NCBI GenBank assembly: GCA_964016885.1
Contig: OZ024744.1
Coordinates: 34,968,001-35,032,000 of the forward strand
DNA length: 64,000 nt
Source of the DNA: Eledone cirrhosa
Taxonomy: Eukaryota
Direction: 5' to 3'
Shown: positions 27,666 to 42,304 of the stretch, in pieces
Numbering within the stretch: the first letter of the stretch is position 1
How the letters are laid out: every line of letters begins with the position of its first letter
Notes under the pieces: generated by a model
The model's database searches: none
What the model was told of the DNA's origin: nothing
What the model saw: the letters and a program-made list of their open reading frames with translations, nothing else
Position numbers and translations under genes: made by a program

Positions 27666-28218
27666 ACCCTAGAATATTGAATAATGCTTTAAAAGTTATC
27701 TTTTTCTTCAAGACATGGTGGATAATTCTGCCCCCCCCCCCTACACCAACAAAAAGAATTATTTCAAGATAATATCTTTTATTTTATTTTTTATATTTTT
27801 CTTCTACCATCAATAATAATAATGATAAAAGATGATGATGATGATGATGATGGTGACGACAACAATGACAATAATGACAACAATGATGATGATGATGATG
27901 ATGATAATGATGACAACGACAATGATGATAATGACAACAACAATGAGGATGATGATGATGATGACGACTTTCTATTTGATGTGCTATATTGTCACACATT
28001 AAACAATGTAAATAAATTCATGTTTATGTTTTTGAATGAGTGATGACATTTTTATTTGGTCTCCGGACATTTCATTATTTTTGAGGATTTTGTCTTTCTT
28101 TTAGATATTTCAAATTGGTAAACACCTTTAACTTTTTCTATACCAACTTGTAAGTTCACCACTATGATACAAAATCTCTCGCTTTTAAATGTAAGACCTT
28201 TTATGTACAAAACTTTTA

Positions 28219-28815
28219 TTAACCCTTTCATTACTATATTTCTAATAAAAGATACTGCCTATGAATTTTCAAATAATTTTGAAATTAATCAAGAATTTGG
28301 AAAGATTTAGTGAAATAACTTTCTTTATCATTATTAACCCTTTAGCATTTACATTACTCTATATATATTATTATATTTTCACTGTAAAGACTTTACTTCA
28401 CAAAATATCAAATTTATGAGATTTTGATATTATTTATTTTGAGAACAATACTTTAACATAAGTATGAGCAGCTGGTTTAAACAGAAAGAGGTGAGAGAAT
28501 TCTGGCCGGATACAGCAAGTTTAAATGCTAAAGGGTTAAGCTGAAGTAGGGTGGAGGATTGGCAGTATCAGTAGAGTGTTGCAATACTTTCTACATTCTG
28601 AGTTCAAATCCGGTTGAAGACAACTTTGCCTTTCATCCTTCTGGGGGTCAACGAAATAAAGTACCAGTTAAATAATGTGGGTCATATAATCAATGTTTCC
28701 CTTCCTCGAAATTGCTGGTCTTGTGCCAATAATAGAATTTGGAGCACAATCTTATGAGGGCTCAAACATAAAATTATTATGGAAGGTTATTTACAATTAG
28801 TTTTGTATCAAAAAA
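28219..28815. mobile_element. MITE family B containing nested MITE A (28334-28539) and a SINE (~28551-28736)
   Basis: TTAA-CCCTTT start; MITE A with duplicated TTAA; SINE head tggcagtatcagtag..gagttcaaatcc. Confidence 0.7.
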
Positions 28816-30189
28816 GCAGAGGTGGTTTCATGTAGTTTATTTTCAAAATGGTTAAGTAATGTTCCTAACACCAGTTTGATAATGAAAATGTTAGTTATTT
28901 CTACTTTCAGGCATGTTCTTATTCGGCAAGTGACTTGATCTGAGAGTATGTGTTGAAACTAAAGCAATTACATCATAGAAAAAACCATTAAGCCATAAAA
29001 AAAAAACACCAAAAAAATGTTCTATTCACTTTTGATTTATTTTGTGAAGTGACAAAATGATTGTCACATAATTGCAAATTAGTCACTGACACAAATGACA
29101 AATGTTGTAGAGATGTGGTGAAAATGTTAACACCTCACAAAATAATTGAAAAGCAATTATAATTTTTATTTTTTTTTTTATTTTACTTTTACTAAAACAC
29201 ATAAATTCTTCATTATTTTCAAAATCAACTGAAACACATTGAGAATGTATTTCATTATAAATGTGGTTATGGAAAGGTTAAATTTAAACTACATATTCAA
29301 TTTCAAATCCAATCTGAAAAAAAAAATTCAAATTTCTTCAAGATATTCCATTTTCTTTTGTTGTTGTTTTGAAACCAATTTTATATTTAAATTTAAATTT
29401 TTAATTTATTTTATCTGCTTTGATTTTTGGTTAATGGAATTATCTCTATTTTATTAATTTAAAATTTTAAACAAGTAAAAAAGAAACTGATTAAAAAATT
29501 TTGAATCAAAATTATCATTCCTGGTTGTTTTTAGAATTTTTGATGAATGGTAAAATTTGAAAATTTCATTTTTGAAATATATTGCTTATGAAATTCTGAA
29601 ATCAAAATCCAATTGTTGATTATTAAATTGCATACAAATTTTGTTTTTCCACCTTTTTCTTTTTTTTTTTAAATAATACAAAAGTCAAATTAAATTATTT
29701 TCTTGTTATGCAATATAATTAAATTATCAAATAAAAATGTTAACGTATTCAACCAGCAAATTGTATGTGAATAAAGAGTTATATTATAAACTAATATGAT
29801 GCAAAGTGTATATATCTATAATGCACTTATGAAAAAGGAAAGGAGATGATCATCTGTTCAAACCAAGGAAATAATATTTCCATTGGTTTTTCCATTGCTG
29901 ATATTTTGTGCCAGTTGTAACTCCTAGCAGAAGGAACAATATGAACTGAGATATTTTGTTCAAGTACACAATATTTAGCCCAGGAATTGAATCTTTGATC
30001 ATTCAATCGGGAGGCCAACACCCCAACATCTAGGCTATGTGCCTGCACACACATACAACATATTAAGTATCTTTTTTAACTGTGGTTACCCCACCTACAT
30101 GTATAGATATATTTATATATTTATATAAATATATATATATGTATATACAATATATTAACAAATGGAAACTATATTTATAAAACCATATT

Positions 30190-30255
30190 TATTTCATTAT
30201 ACATATTTCAAGGGCCACCAGAGCAAACTATCGTGCTCTTTCATCAGATAAAATA
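30190..30255 (-). ncRNA. Type I hammerhead ribozyme
   Basis: UAUUUUAU-CUGAUGA-AAGAGCA-cgauaguu-UGCUCU-gguggccCUU-GAA-AUA-ug-UAU-A/AUGAAAUA: 8-bp AU-rich stem I, quasi-palindromic stem III, AUA triplet. Confidence 0.6.
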
Positions 30256-31792
30256 TAATATAGGTTAGTTTTATAAATAAATATTGACATACCCTTAAAA
30301 AATGCAACCATTCTGGTTGGAATCTCCTGGATAGTGGAGTTATTGGATTTATTGTTGGTTTATTATGCAAATTAGTGTTGGAAAGGTTTAAAAACAGTAT
30401 ATTTAAATTAAGCCGTTGGAATAGGGAAAAAAGAGAAAAGAAAGAGAAAAAACGAAAGAAAGAGAGAAACCTGAGTATATTTTAGTGAGAGAGAATAGCG
30501 TAATTTTGAGAGAAGAAGCGAAGAAATAAATATAGCGTGGATGAATACCGTAGCATGGATAAACAATAAATAATAACCAATAATAAATAATAATAAAGAT
30601 GGATAAACAATAATAAAGCTAAGTTGAAGAATTTATCTAATATTTAATTAATAAATTGGATTAAATGTTTAATTAATAATTTATCAATTCAATCCGTAGT
30701 TTAAATGTTTAAATGTGTATGTTATATTATTAAAGTTGAGACCTATATATTATTAAAGAATATATATTATTAAAAAATATGTTATTATTACAAAACCATA
30801 TATAATTTTATCATTTATTATTAATTAATTATTTAAAAAAATTTGTAAGTTTAAAATATCCGAATATTTCTAAGCTCATGGAATTTCCGAGAGTTTACAG
30901 AAGAATAATCCCTTATTTGTAATAGCAGTAGAGCGTAAAGGAAATTTTTATAGATAACATGGGTGATAAATTTAGTCTGTTGGCCAATTCAACATCACAG
31001 CCTGGCTATTGAATAACTTTAGCAAAGTCCACTCTGGATCAAAGATACCTTACGCCTTTCCACTTACCTCAGATGCCCAGGAAAGGATCATGAGCACTGA
31101 ACTTTCCTCCTGACTTAGTTAGTGATATAAAGAACAATTTGTAAAATCCCAGAAATACCTGATACAAAATGTTCGCCTGTGTTGGAAGCCAAACTATACA
31201 GTACAGTATTATTAACATAATACTGTATGTAACAGCATGAGGTTCAACAAACTTCAATTATTTAATGTTTTATTATCGACAGAAGGATAAGATTCTATAT
31301 AATGTTCCTTAATTAGATAAAGGTAGGAGCCAGATAATTCTAAAATCACACTCTAACATCTTGAAAAAGGAAGTATACATTGAATGATGTAAGCCTAGAT
31401 ACACTATTTCTAAAACACTTGACAGAATGATCACAGCTCTAGAGATTTTTTTATCATAGATGTATTTGATCAATGAAGGCAGGTCCAGAATTGTTAAACT
31501 ATAACATTACACATGGAGTTAATGTGAACACCTGCAAATTTATACCTCATATAAATTGAATTATGAACTTACAAATATCTTTATTGTTAATAATATATTC
31601 TTGAAAGCTACCAAATACTGTCACATCAGATATCCTTCTATCCTTCTCTACCAACTTTTGGCATAATGCAATTGCTGTAAAAAAACTCTCTTTATCAACT
31701 CTGACAAATAGCTAGCATGGAAAACAACCATTAAATAATTATATATATAGCATGTACGTATGTATCTATATATCTATGTATGTAAGCATGCA

Positions 31793-31861
<69 letters not shown>

Positions 31862-31908
31862 AGTTAAATAAGATAACAAGGACGATTGGTTACTCCTTCA
31901 TTACGTTT

Positions 31909-32000
31909 ATTGGTTGGTGACGCGCGTTTCGCCACTGACCAGCTCATGGTTCAATCTGTATCGATCTGACCTGACTCTGTAATCCGTGGCTCATCAGACC

Positions 32001-32005
<5 letters not shown>
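31909..32005 (-). ncRNA. Type I hammerhead ribozyme with ~50-nt loop II insertion
   Basis: GGU-CUGAUGA-GCCAC...GUGGC-GAAAC-GCGC-GUC/ACC: canonical G10.1-C11.1, palindromic ACGCGCGU stem III, GUC triplet; ~145-bp island between (TA)n tracts. Confidence 0.8.
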
Positions 32006-32056
<51 letters not shown>

Positions 32057-32060
<4 letters not shown>

Positions 32061-32225
32061 AAAATGTTTGACTCTGACGGCAGTGCTCAAGCCGTTCCGT
32101 CGAAAAGGCTTGAGCTCTGCCGTCGGGGTCAAACATTTTCCTATTACCCACTCTACTACCCTAAGTATTGAGTACGCTGGTGCGTAATGGTCCATCTGGT
32201 TCCTTACCATACCTCCTTTGTTATA
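32057..32225 (+). mobile_element. ~170-bp fold-back element (40-bp hairpin + tail); second copy 34928-35100
   Basis: taggaaaatgt...acattttccta inverted arms; contains the 3' half of an HHR. Confidence 0.75.
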
Positions 32226-32227
32226 TA

Positions 32228-34311
32228 TCATCATCATCATCATCATCAACGTTTAACGTCCGTGTTCCACGCTTGCATGGGTTTGGACGGGGGTATTCCC
32301 ACTTGAGGCAAGAGTGATTGTCTTGCTCGCATAGGACTGTCTGGCAGGTTTTCTACAGTTGGATGCCCTTCCTAACACCAACCACATTTACAGTGTGGGT
32401 CTGGAAGGTTTTTACCGTGTTGCCTACACGGCCACATTACAGCGTGGACTGTGTGTTTTTTTGTCGTGACACCTACACGATCTCATTTGTTTCGGCCTGG
32501 ATGGTGTGGCACCAACACAACTTTACATAGAACGGGGTGGCGTGGATGGGGTGGGGGTGGTGGGACGGGGGGGGGGGGGGTATTTTGTTAGAGATGCCTA
32601 CTGGCTGTAGTAGGTTTTACTATGTATTTAGGTAAGGCAGGTCTTCTCTGTTACTGAGTACCGCCAAAGGTCTCGGTCCAGTGACATTGTCTTGGAGAGG
32701 TGTAAGTGTGTGAGGTCGGAGTTTATCAGCTCGTCCCAGGTTTTTCTAGGTCTGCCTATTCCGTGGCTACCGTCTATCTTTATTGCCCTGCACTTTGTTA
32801 TACAGCTATCGACTTTCATGCGCATCACGTGTCCATACCAACGTAGCCTTCTCTCGAGTAAACAACATCTGATCCCTCTTATTTCTAATTTTTTCCTTAG
32901 TTCGTTTATGCTTTGCCGTTCACGTATATTACTGTTACACATCCAGCGGAGCATGCAAGCTTCGTTCCTCTCTAGTCTGCGTATATCCTCTGCGCACAAT
33001 GCCCAGGTAGGTCTCACTGCCATGCAACATTGCTGTTCGTATGCAGGCATCGTACAACCTGCCTTTCATTTTTAGGGAGAACCCTTTAGCAGCTAATAGT
33101 GGTATAAGCCCTCTGAACTTTTTCCAACCAGTTCTGACTCTAGCTACTGTACTTTCAGAGCACCCTCTGCCACTGCTGATTTTATCACCCAGGTAACGGA
33201 AACTGTCCACTATTTCTATAGAACCCTCTGCGCAATTGAAAGAGCTAGTATTTTGTGGGCACTTGCTGCTACTTATTGCACCAGAGCACCGGCCACATGT
33301 AAAATCTATGTTCTTAGTTAGCTTACCTGTGATCCCACTACATCTTTTATGCACCCATACTTTGCATTTAGGACATAAAATGGAGTTTCTACCTACGCCT
33401 TTCCTACACACCGAGCACGACCATTTCCCAGAAGGGACTGCCGCCTTATTTTCTTTCCTACAAACTAGAACTTTAGTCTTAGCCAGGTTAATTTTAAGGC
33501 CTTTTGATTCTAGGCCGTGCTTCCATGTTTGGAATTTCTTCTCTAGCTCGGCCATTGATTCCGCTATGAGTGTCAGGTCGTCTGCGTATAGGAGTTCCCA
33601 TGGGCAGCCGGTCTTGAACTCCTCTGTTATAGCCTGAAGGGCAATAATAAATAGTAGGGGGCTGAGAACAGAGCCCTGATGGACGCCAACTTTTACGCTA
33701 AACTCTTCACTATATTCGTTGTTAATTCTAACCTTACTGACTGTTTCTTTATACATGGCTTGTATAGCTCTCACAAGCCATTCGTCAACGCCTAGTTTTC
33801 TAAGAGCCCACCAGATAATGGAGCGGGGGACTCTGTCGAAGGCTTTCTCCAAGTCGACAAAAGCTAAGTATAGGGGTTTACCTTTAGCTAGGTACTTCTC
33901 CTGTAGTTGTCGTACAATGAAAAGAGCGTCTGTGGTACTTTTGCCTGACACAAACCCGAACTGCATTTCATCTATGTCAATTCTCTCTCTGATTAGTTGT
34001 GCTATTACTTTTTCCATGACCTTCATGACCTGGTCGATTAATTTAATGCCTCTATAGTTACTCCTATCTAGGGCGTCTCCTTTACCCTTATAACAGTTAA
34101 CGATGATGCTGCTATGCCAGTCCTTCGGAACAACTGTACGACTTGGTTAACTATGCGGGTGACCATGGTGTGTCCCACCGTGCCAGATGCCTTCAGCATC
34201 TCAGCAACTATTTCCGAAGGCCCAGCCGCCTTCATATGCTTGATTGCCTTACTTATTATACTCCCCTCGACTAACACTGCTGGTCCCTCTATTGGGTCGA
34301 TATGGGGGAGA

Positions 34312-34315
<4 letters not shown>
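32228..34315 (-). mobile_element. 5'-truncated RTE-type LINE (PHD-in-RT family, subfamily 1)
   Basis: QFGF..TTDA, FVDLEKAFDRVPR, GVHQGSVLSPLLF, LLYADD, PHD motif, FRYLG, RLRWYGHV; (GAT)n tail; frameshifts. Confidence 0.92.
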
Positions 34316-34376
<61 letters not shown>

Positions 34377-34844
34377 TATATATATATATATATATTGATA
34401 AGTGTATGTGTGTTTAAACAGATTATTGTTTCTGAATAGAAGCAGCATTTCATATTAAAATGTGAGTTGGTGAGCCATTTTCATTAATTCAACAAAAACG
34501 AGCCTTTCAGTAATTCGAAAATAACAGAGCAAGCAGTAAAGGAGAAAACTGTTGAAACTAAGACACTAAACACATATATTCACAATACTCTCACTTACAT
34601 CATCCCATGTTCTCACCACTGCATATAACTGAAAGCGTCTTTCTCGTTGAATTAATTAAAACGACGTTGATGATTGTTAGAACAAGTGTTCTCACAATAC
34701 AATTTAACATGAAACCCAGAATATACCCACAAATACAAACACGGTAGTTTTTCTGTATATAGTCTGACCATACATTAATCTGTATTTTCATTGAATACTC
34801 TAATATTTGTTCAAAGTAACCGCACTATATACTACATACATACT

Positions 34845-34927
<83 letters not shown>

Positions 34928-34931
<4 letters not shown>

Positions 34932-35098
34932 AAAATGTATTACCCCGACGGCAGAGCTCAAGCCGTTTCGACGGCTATCGAAACGGCTTGAGCTCTGCCG
35001 TCGGGGTCATACATTTTCCTATTACCCACTTAACTACCCTAAGTATTGAGTACTCTGGTGCGTTATGGTCCATCTGGTTCCTTACCACAACTCCTTCG

Positions 35099-35100
<2 letters not shown>
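34928..35100 (+). mobile_element. Second copy of the ~170-bp fold-back element with HHR 3' half
   Basis: GAA-ACGGC-uugagcucu-GCCGU-C/GGGGUC at 34980-35008; arms 34928-34971 and 34978-35021. Confidence 0.75.
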
Positions 35101-35139
<39 letters not shown>

Positions 35140-36289
35140 AGCGTCCGAAACGTTAAGACCCCCTTCCTGCTATATCAAGCGTTAACCTAATATATCCCTT
35201 CCATATACTGTACCGATCGTGTTGTTATTTCTGTTTACCTTTTACAATACATAAAGGTATGATTAATGTACTGTATGTATTTAAAGATACATATATTCAC
35301 ACACACTCATATATATATATTATCTTCATCATCATCATCATCATCATTTAATGTCCACTTTCCCTGCTAGCAAAGGTTGGATGGGTCTTCATAGACCAAG
35401 TCAGTACTGAATCTGGGCTACCGACCTCCCAGAAAGGTTGGGGTCTCTGCATCTCGCTTACGTACAGTCTCGTGTTCTACTGAGTGCACAAGAAAGGTTA
35501 TCATGTCTTTAACACAACTGAAAGGTCCTCCCAACTATTTGTTTAGCAAGCTTTCTATGGCCTCAAACCCTTCCTTTCAACAAACACTTTACAGCATGTA
35601 CTGGGTGTGTTTATCATGTCGTATATCACTAACATTAGAGAGGTTGTCCCACTGTCACATAACTGAAGGGTTCTCTCAACCCTTTTTAGGTATGGCTTCT
35701 ACAGTGGGATGCCCTTCCTCTGTTACCAACGACTGTACAAGGGTGTACCAGGTTCATTTTCAATGTACCAAAGATTACAGCAGCTGTTGGTCCTTGTCCC
35801 AATGTGTGTGGCGGGGTGGATAGAAGTGAGATCAGAATGAAATTGCAGCAAGTGTGGTGTAAATTGACAGGTTGATGAATTTGGAAAGGAAAAGGGTAAC
35901 TTTTGATAGGATAAAGGGGGAGTGGATGCAGTTGTGAGAACACCAAAACAGATATAGTGGTGGAGGGCAAGGATGGTTTTGTCAATACCACAGGGTGGAG
36001 GGATAGCATTTACCAGTGCTAGGAAGAAAAGATGTAATGATGGAGAGATTAACTAAGGAGTAATAGTGGAGGGGCATGGGTGGTGAGCATAGAGGTGAAG
36101 AGAGTAGCTAATAGGGTGTGATAGTGAGGGTATATAAGAGTTTTAGAGGCATTATGGCAACTAAGTATTGATACTAGAGGGGACATGGCTGGAGAAGGGA
36201 GTGTAGTGATGGTGAGGACAACTGCTAGAGAGTACTAGTGGAAGGGGGGATAAGTCAGGTTACATTATATTCTGTTGGCCAGCCCTTTT

Positions 36290-36585
36290 ACAGCACATCA
36301 TAGTACCACCCCTCAGAATCCTTTGTTACCTGCCACATACAAAGTGTATATTTTCCGGCAGCCTTCCTACAATCCCATAAATTACGCTGTGGAATTTCTA
36401 CCCACTGTTTTCTGACATATCAAACAAGGCCCCTTCCCGGCTGATATCATGCTCCTGACTTTTTTCATACTTATTAAAACTTTCGTCTTTGTTAAGTTTA
36501 GTTTTAGGCCTTTTAACACTAGGTTCTTCTTCCATGCTTGAAATTTTGCCTCTACCTCTCCTATGGCTATGATGACTAAGCCATC
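36290..36585 (-). pseudogene. Old decayed fragment related to the PHD-RTE LINE
   Basis: Translates as ..EVEAKFQAWKKNLVLKGLKLNLTKTKVL..GKGPCLICQKTVGRNS. Confidence 0.65.
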
Positions 36586-36723
36586 AGTATATAGGATATA
36601 TATATATAGAGATGATTTCCTTCGAATGAAACAGTTCTAGCCCTGTATAAACCATTTCTATATTATATATATATAATATTATATATATATATATATTATA
36701 TATATATATATATATAAAGGCAG

Positions 36724-36906
36724 GGGATTGGCAGTATCGGTAGAAGGTCGGACGCCATGCTTTGACGCATAGAGTTACGGCCCTTGCCATTCTGAATGCA
36801 AATCCCGCCAAGGTTAACTTTGCCTTTCATCCTTACGGGGTCGATAACATAAAGTACCAGTAATACAGTGGGTAATTGCTGGCCTTGTGCCAAAAGTAGA
36901 AACAAT
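36724..36906 (+). mobile_element. tRNA-derived SINE
   Basis: Near-identical to 42305-42488. Confidence 0.85.
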
Positions 36907-37452
36907 TATATATATTTAAGAAAGGGTATTTTAGTAAGAAGTAGTTATTGTTAGATGAGGTAACGAGATTATTAGATGAAATAACAAGAATAAATTATTT
37001 AGTTTATATATGGTTTACTTCACTTGAGTCAAAAAGAAGAATAATCAAATTACCACAAGTTGCGAAGGTTGACAATGTTATTTTGTTGTTGATGTGAAAA
37101 CAGCGAGCAACCAGATAAAGTTTGTTGGTGGATGCAGTCCGTGGTAGTAGTTCTCGTCGTGAGTCTGGTTTAGTCTGAGACTAGGAGAGAGAAAGGAAGT
37201 AATGGTCTATAATTGACTGTAGACCACTGGGGCCTGAAGGTAGCGGTGAATCTTTACATAGCTTGTTGTAGGCGTAATGCTCCGATCTCTCTGTTTAAAC
37301 GTGGGATGATACAGGCTTTATATACCTGTCGCTTTCTGTCTCCCACCTTGAGGGGATAGTCCACGCATGAACCTGTTCACACCAAAAGGGTGGTGACCTA
37401 CAGTTTGACCTCTAGGTGTCATCCAAGGTTCAAGGCGTGGACAGATTTTGTT

Positions 37453-37508
<56 letters not shown>

Positions 37509-38246
37509 CTGTCATCAAAATCTCACACATACCAATATTCAAAGAAACCCAACAGAAATTTCCCTTTGAAGAATATACTGTGTGGTACCAATGCCTTAAA
37601 ATTAGAGATTTTGCTACAAGCTTTCTTTGTGGCTACTCATATGAAACGAATGCAACAATTCAAGCTTAACAAATAACAGTATTATTATATATATGTGTAT
37701 ATACATACATATATGCAGGATATATACATACATATATACATGTATATATATATATACATGTATATATATATATATACATACATACATATATACATGTATA
37801 TATATAAGATCTGAGATATCACACTGTAACTACTCAGAGTTTTGTATTTATTTGTTTCATTGCAACATTATACTCACACACCGATACGCACACACATACA
37901 TATACACACACACATATATATAGGTAGGTAGATAGATATAGATATATAGATAAATTATAATATAGAGTTAGAAACTCACAATAATCCCCTATGATGAAGG
38001 GAGCTCAAGGAAGGGAGACCGAGCTCGTTATAAATCATAGCAATGAGAGAAGGAACATAATAAGTTGTCAGATAATAGGGGATAAAGTTCTACCCTGGTA
38101 AAGCACATAAAAACTACAGATGGAGGGGTAAATACAAATTTATAAAATAATCAAACTGTACATACCTCCACTATAACGATATATACCTGGATATAAGATA
38201 TACGTTATATATACATTTAATGGCATAATATATACAACACCTACAT

Positions 38247-38287
<41 letters not shown>

Positions 38288-38384
38288 GGCATGAGTGGGT
38301 GTATGTATATATGTGTGTGCTTCTGTGTTTGTATACATTTCAAAATAGTAACTACAGCGTTACCACAAAATTATTTTTCATCTG

Positions 38385-38737
38385 GCGTCACGCAGTAATA
38401 CAGGGTACCCGACCTCCCATGGGTACATGCTGAAGCATATAAACAATATGCCCCCCCTCCCCCCCACCGCAAGGTGGTCGTGGAGGTGCCACGGCAAAAA
38501 AGCACCCAGCCCACACTGTAAAGTGGACGTGTAGGCGCCACGAAAAAGCACCCAGCACTCACTGTAAATGAGGTTGGTGTTAGGAAGGGCATCCAGCTGT
38601 AGAAATCAAGCCAGATCAGTTCCTGTATGAGCAAGGCATGGTCAGCCGACCAGACACTGCCCACAACAGGACAACCCGTCTAACCCATGCTAGCGTGGAA
38701 GAACGGACGTAAAACGGTGATGATGATGATGATGATG
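38385..38737 (+). mobile_element. 3' end fragment of PHD-RTE LINE subfamily 2 with (GAT)n tail
   Basis: Near-identical reverse complement of 48362-48706. Confidence 0.88.
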
Positions 38738-38874
38738 TCTGTTATTGTTACTAATTAATATTAGTATTTGTCACATCTTTTATATCATCGTTTTAAGATG
38801 ATCACACTTGAAGCCATTTCTGTTATGATATCACCTGTAGAAGTATCTCACATGATATATTTATGTGTTTATAT

Positions 38875-38907
<33 letters not shown>

Positions 38908-38914
<7 letters not shown>

Positions 38915-39308
38915 ATACTTTGAGAGGGTCATGTTGCCAATAAAAACACATGCACTGAGGAGGTCACAGAATGTGTGACAAAAGAGGTTTGACAATATAT
39001 AAACCAACCAACTGGAAATTTATAATAAATTGAAGTGAAACCAACAGGTGCATGTGTTTTTATTGGCAACATGACCCTCTCAAAGTATAACAATATATAT
39101 ATACATATATATATGCACCTGTTGGTTTCACTTCAATTTATTATAAATTTCCAGTTGGTTGGTTTATATATTGTCAAACCTCTTTTGTCACACATTCTGT
39201 GACCTCCTCAGTGACTAGGTTTTTATTTTGTGTCTCTCTTTGTTCTGTCCTACACCATCTTGTTTTTTGTGTGTTGGCAGCATGACCCTCCCAAAGTATA
39301 ACAATATT
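38908..39308. repeat. Compound inverted repeat (A-B-A' .. B'-C-A'), pLTR-like, with degenerate HHR
   Basis: 38908-38955 is inverted at 39048-39096; 38954-39053 is inverted at 39113-39213; CUGAGGA-g-GUCAC-agaaugu-GUGAC starts at 38955 but the GAAA box is decayed. Confidence 0.7.
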
Positions 39309-39355
39309 TGTTTGAAAATATGCTTTTAGATAAGAATTCTTTCAAAGCAAATTGA

Positions 39356-39392
<37 letters not shown>

Positions 39393-39592
39393 TATGTAAA
39401 ACTGCACTATAATGCAGTGGTTCACTGTCCCCCCGAGCAAGCTAACAACCAAACAGTATTTTCTGTAGTCTTTTTTTTATTTTTACTTCTAAAGTTTTTG
39501 TCAGGCCAAGTGGTGAAAGAGTTTGGTTGATTTTGTAATGCAAATATGCACCATCTTTTCATACATACAGACATGCATTTATGTGTATATAT

Positions 39593-39672
39593 ATAGAGTG
39601 TCTCAAAAAATGCATATATACTTTCGTTAGAATGTTGTTGAAGTATGTATACAATTTTGGGGACACCTGGTA
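39593..39672. mobile_element. Tiny Tc1/mariner-type MITE
   Basis: ta-(t)agagtgtctcaaaaaatgcatatatactt ... aagtatgtatacaattttggggacacctgg-ta imperfect TIRs. Confidence 0.5.
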
Positions 39673-40353
39673 TATATATATGTATACATGCACACACACA
39701 CACATGAATATATTTATATATATGTATATATAATATATAAAGTTGTTATTATTTTTGCCGAGGTTAACTTTGCCTTTCATCCTTACGGGGGTCGATAAAA
39801 TAAAGTACCAGTAATGCACTGGGTAATTGCTGGCCTTGTGCCAAAAGTAGAAACAATTATTTTTATATATATATATAATATATAAAGTTAAACGAATGTA
39901 TATAACTCTCTATTTATCTATATCATATATATATATATATAATATATATATATAAACTCATACATATGTATAAAGTAATATTAACTATAGATATTCCTTT
40001 GGAGTTACTAATACCTTTTTGGTAATTACAAATTGTCAGAGCATACTGATTGTTATTGTTTGAAAAAAAAACCTTTTATGATAACTTTCAGGCCCTTTAC
40101 CTTGAAGTAGTAGAAACACCCCCACCCTCCATAGCAGTACAATGAATCTCTAATGGTTTTTTTTTGGGGGGGGGGGGGTTAGGTTAAGTATGTTTATTAA
40201 TCAATGTAAAATAAGCAGTATTTAATATGAACAAAACACAATTTAAAGGGAACAAAAAAGGAAGAAGAAAATAAAATAGAAAATGTAAAGGAGAAAAAGA
40301 AATGGAAAGAAGGATCAAGCAACGAAAGAAAGGGAGAGGGGGGAAGAGAGTCG

Positions 40354-40640
40354 TTACACCCAAGTCTGAGTGATGCCTCGGCCGTGCCCTGTGGACAAAT
40401 CAGCAAAAGTGATACCACAGAGAATGGCCAGAGACACCTGCTGCAACAGCCACCCCACCTCACAAGGCTCCATCCTGAAGTGGGCCACCATCTTTCCAAC
40501 TTTATGGAGGAAATCAACTGTGTGGGGACCAGGGACACCGGAGGTCTTGATGGAGACCAGTGTTAAGAGGAAGTAGTTGGTCAGATCCTGGTATTTGACT
40601 ATCTTCCTCTCCTCTACATTGTAGGCAGCAGAGCACAAAT
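40354..40640 (-). pseudogene. CRE-type non-LTR retrotransposon endonuclease C-terminal fragment
   Basis: VEERKIVKYQDL..LVSIKTSGVPGP..FL..LLQQVSLAILCG resembles the CRE-clade restriction-like endonuclease tail. Confidence 0.55.
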
Positions 40641-42029
40641 TTGTGGCTGAAAAAAAAATACAATCAAATTAGAGCAAATCTATGTTTAGTAGAGATTAAT
40701 GCATAACAGTAACAGTTTAGAAACTATTTAATTCAAAGATAAAATAGTCTCCTCACATAACTCACCACCACCAAGGTGCCAAAATAGTATCTAATTTACA
40801 TATCTCTGTTCACTCAATGTTAAATTTAATATCACAAATCATTCTAGTCTTAATAAATAAACACTTTCCTACTGACTATAAACATAGAAACCTTTTTGAA
40901 AATTAAACCACAAATATAAATTAAACCACAAATATAAAGTACTTATTAACACATGCACTCCTAATAAAGCTGCTCACTAGATAAATCCTGTAATGTACAA
41001 ACCATAATCTATGAAGCAGAGATTAGCTCCATAATATCAAACATAGATACGGGTTGTAAATTATACAAAAATATTAGTAAAGAAAAAAATCAAGCAGAAG
41101 TTCTACAAGCATATCTCCACTTTCAGACATAGCAACAGTAGAAATGCAACAAAACTACACTTGGCAATTAAAAAGAATAGTTAATTTTTTACAAAATATG
41201 TTTAAGTGGAGTGGCATGCTCTGATGATTTGCAATAATGACAAAAACTATTAGTAACCATGATGGAAGGAGAATCTGCATTTTGCATTACTTGGTTTATA
41301 TACATTATTCCATATTAAGTGTTATATTTTTTCACACTCTGAACCAAACTTAATATAATAACCCCCCCCCCACACACACACACACACACAGAAGCATGCA
41401 CACGCACACGGACAAACACATTCACACATGCACATTTGTATGTAAATAGCATAAAATTCACTGTGTGTAGTGTGTCTATTGTATGTGCATATGAGTAAGA
41501 TAAACAACAAAGTAGACTTTTACCAAAAGCTTCATATAATCTCTGTCCCATATTTGACTATACTTATTCATGACTTTAGAAGCATAAATAAATATATACT
41601 AGTTGAAAGATTTATGCAAAACAGGGTTTTAACACTTGTGGTTGATTCACATACTCTAAAATGACAAGTGTTTTTCAGCTAAACATTGTCTCATCTAAAT
41701 TTTTCAATCTTTTTCTGTTTTTTTTTATTTTTTGCTTTTACGTTACTCTATATATACTATTGTATTTTCATGGTAATTATCTCACATAATATTAAATCTA
41801 TGAGATTTTGATATTATTTATTTTGAGAACAATACCTTAACATCAGTATGAACAGAAAAAGGTGAGTGAATTCTAGCCGGATATAACCAGTTTAAATACT
41901 AAAGGGTTCACTCATTCCTTAGTGCAGTTGACTATAGTACTGATGGTAGAAAACCTTTAGGTGTGGTACTGTATTTTTGTTTGCCTTACAAATAGACACA
42001 CCACACACACACATATATATATGTATATA

Positions 42030-42194
<165 letters not shown>

Positions 42195-42304
42195 GTGTGT
42201 GTGTGTGTGTGTCTGCACACAGACACACACTCACACACACACATATAAATATGAATATACACACACATACAAATGTGTACACTTACATACTTCAATTAAC
42301 ACTG

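Noticed and set aside
31068-31176. Minus-strand exon candidate with strong AG/GTAAGT donor
   Set aside because: All three frames from the nearest acceptor contain a stop; could be non-coding or UTR but unsupported.
36949-37455. Possible solo LTR (TG...CA, ~500 bp)
   Set aside because: No matching target-site duplication and no second copy in the window.
37985-38042. AUGAUGA + GAGCUC/GAGCUC hairpin, HHR-like
   Set aside because: Core lacks both CUGA and GAAA; at best a decayed relic.
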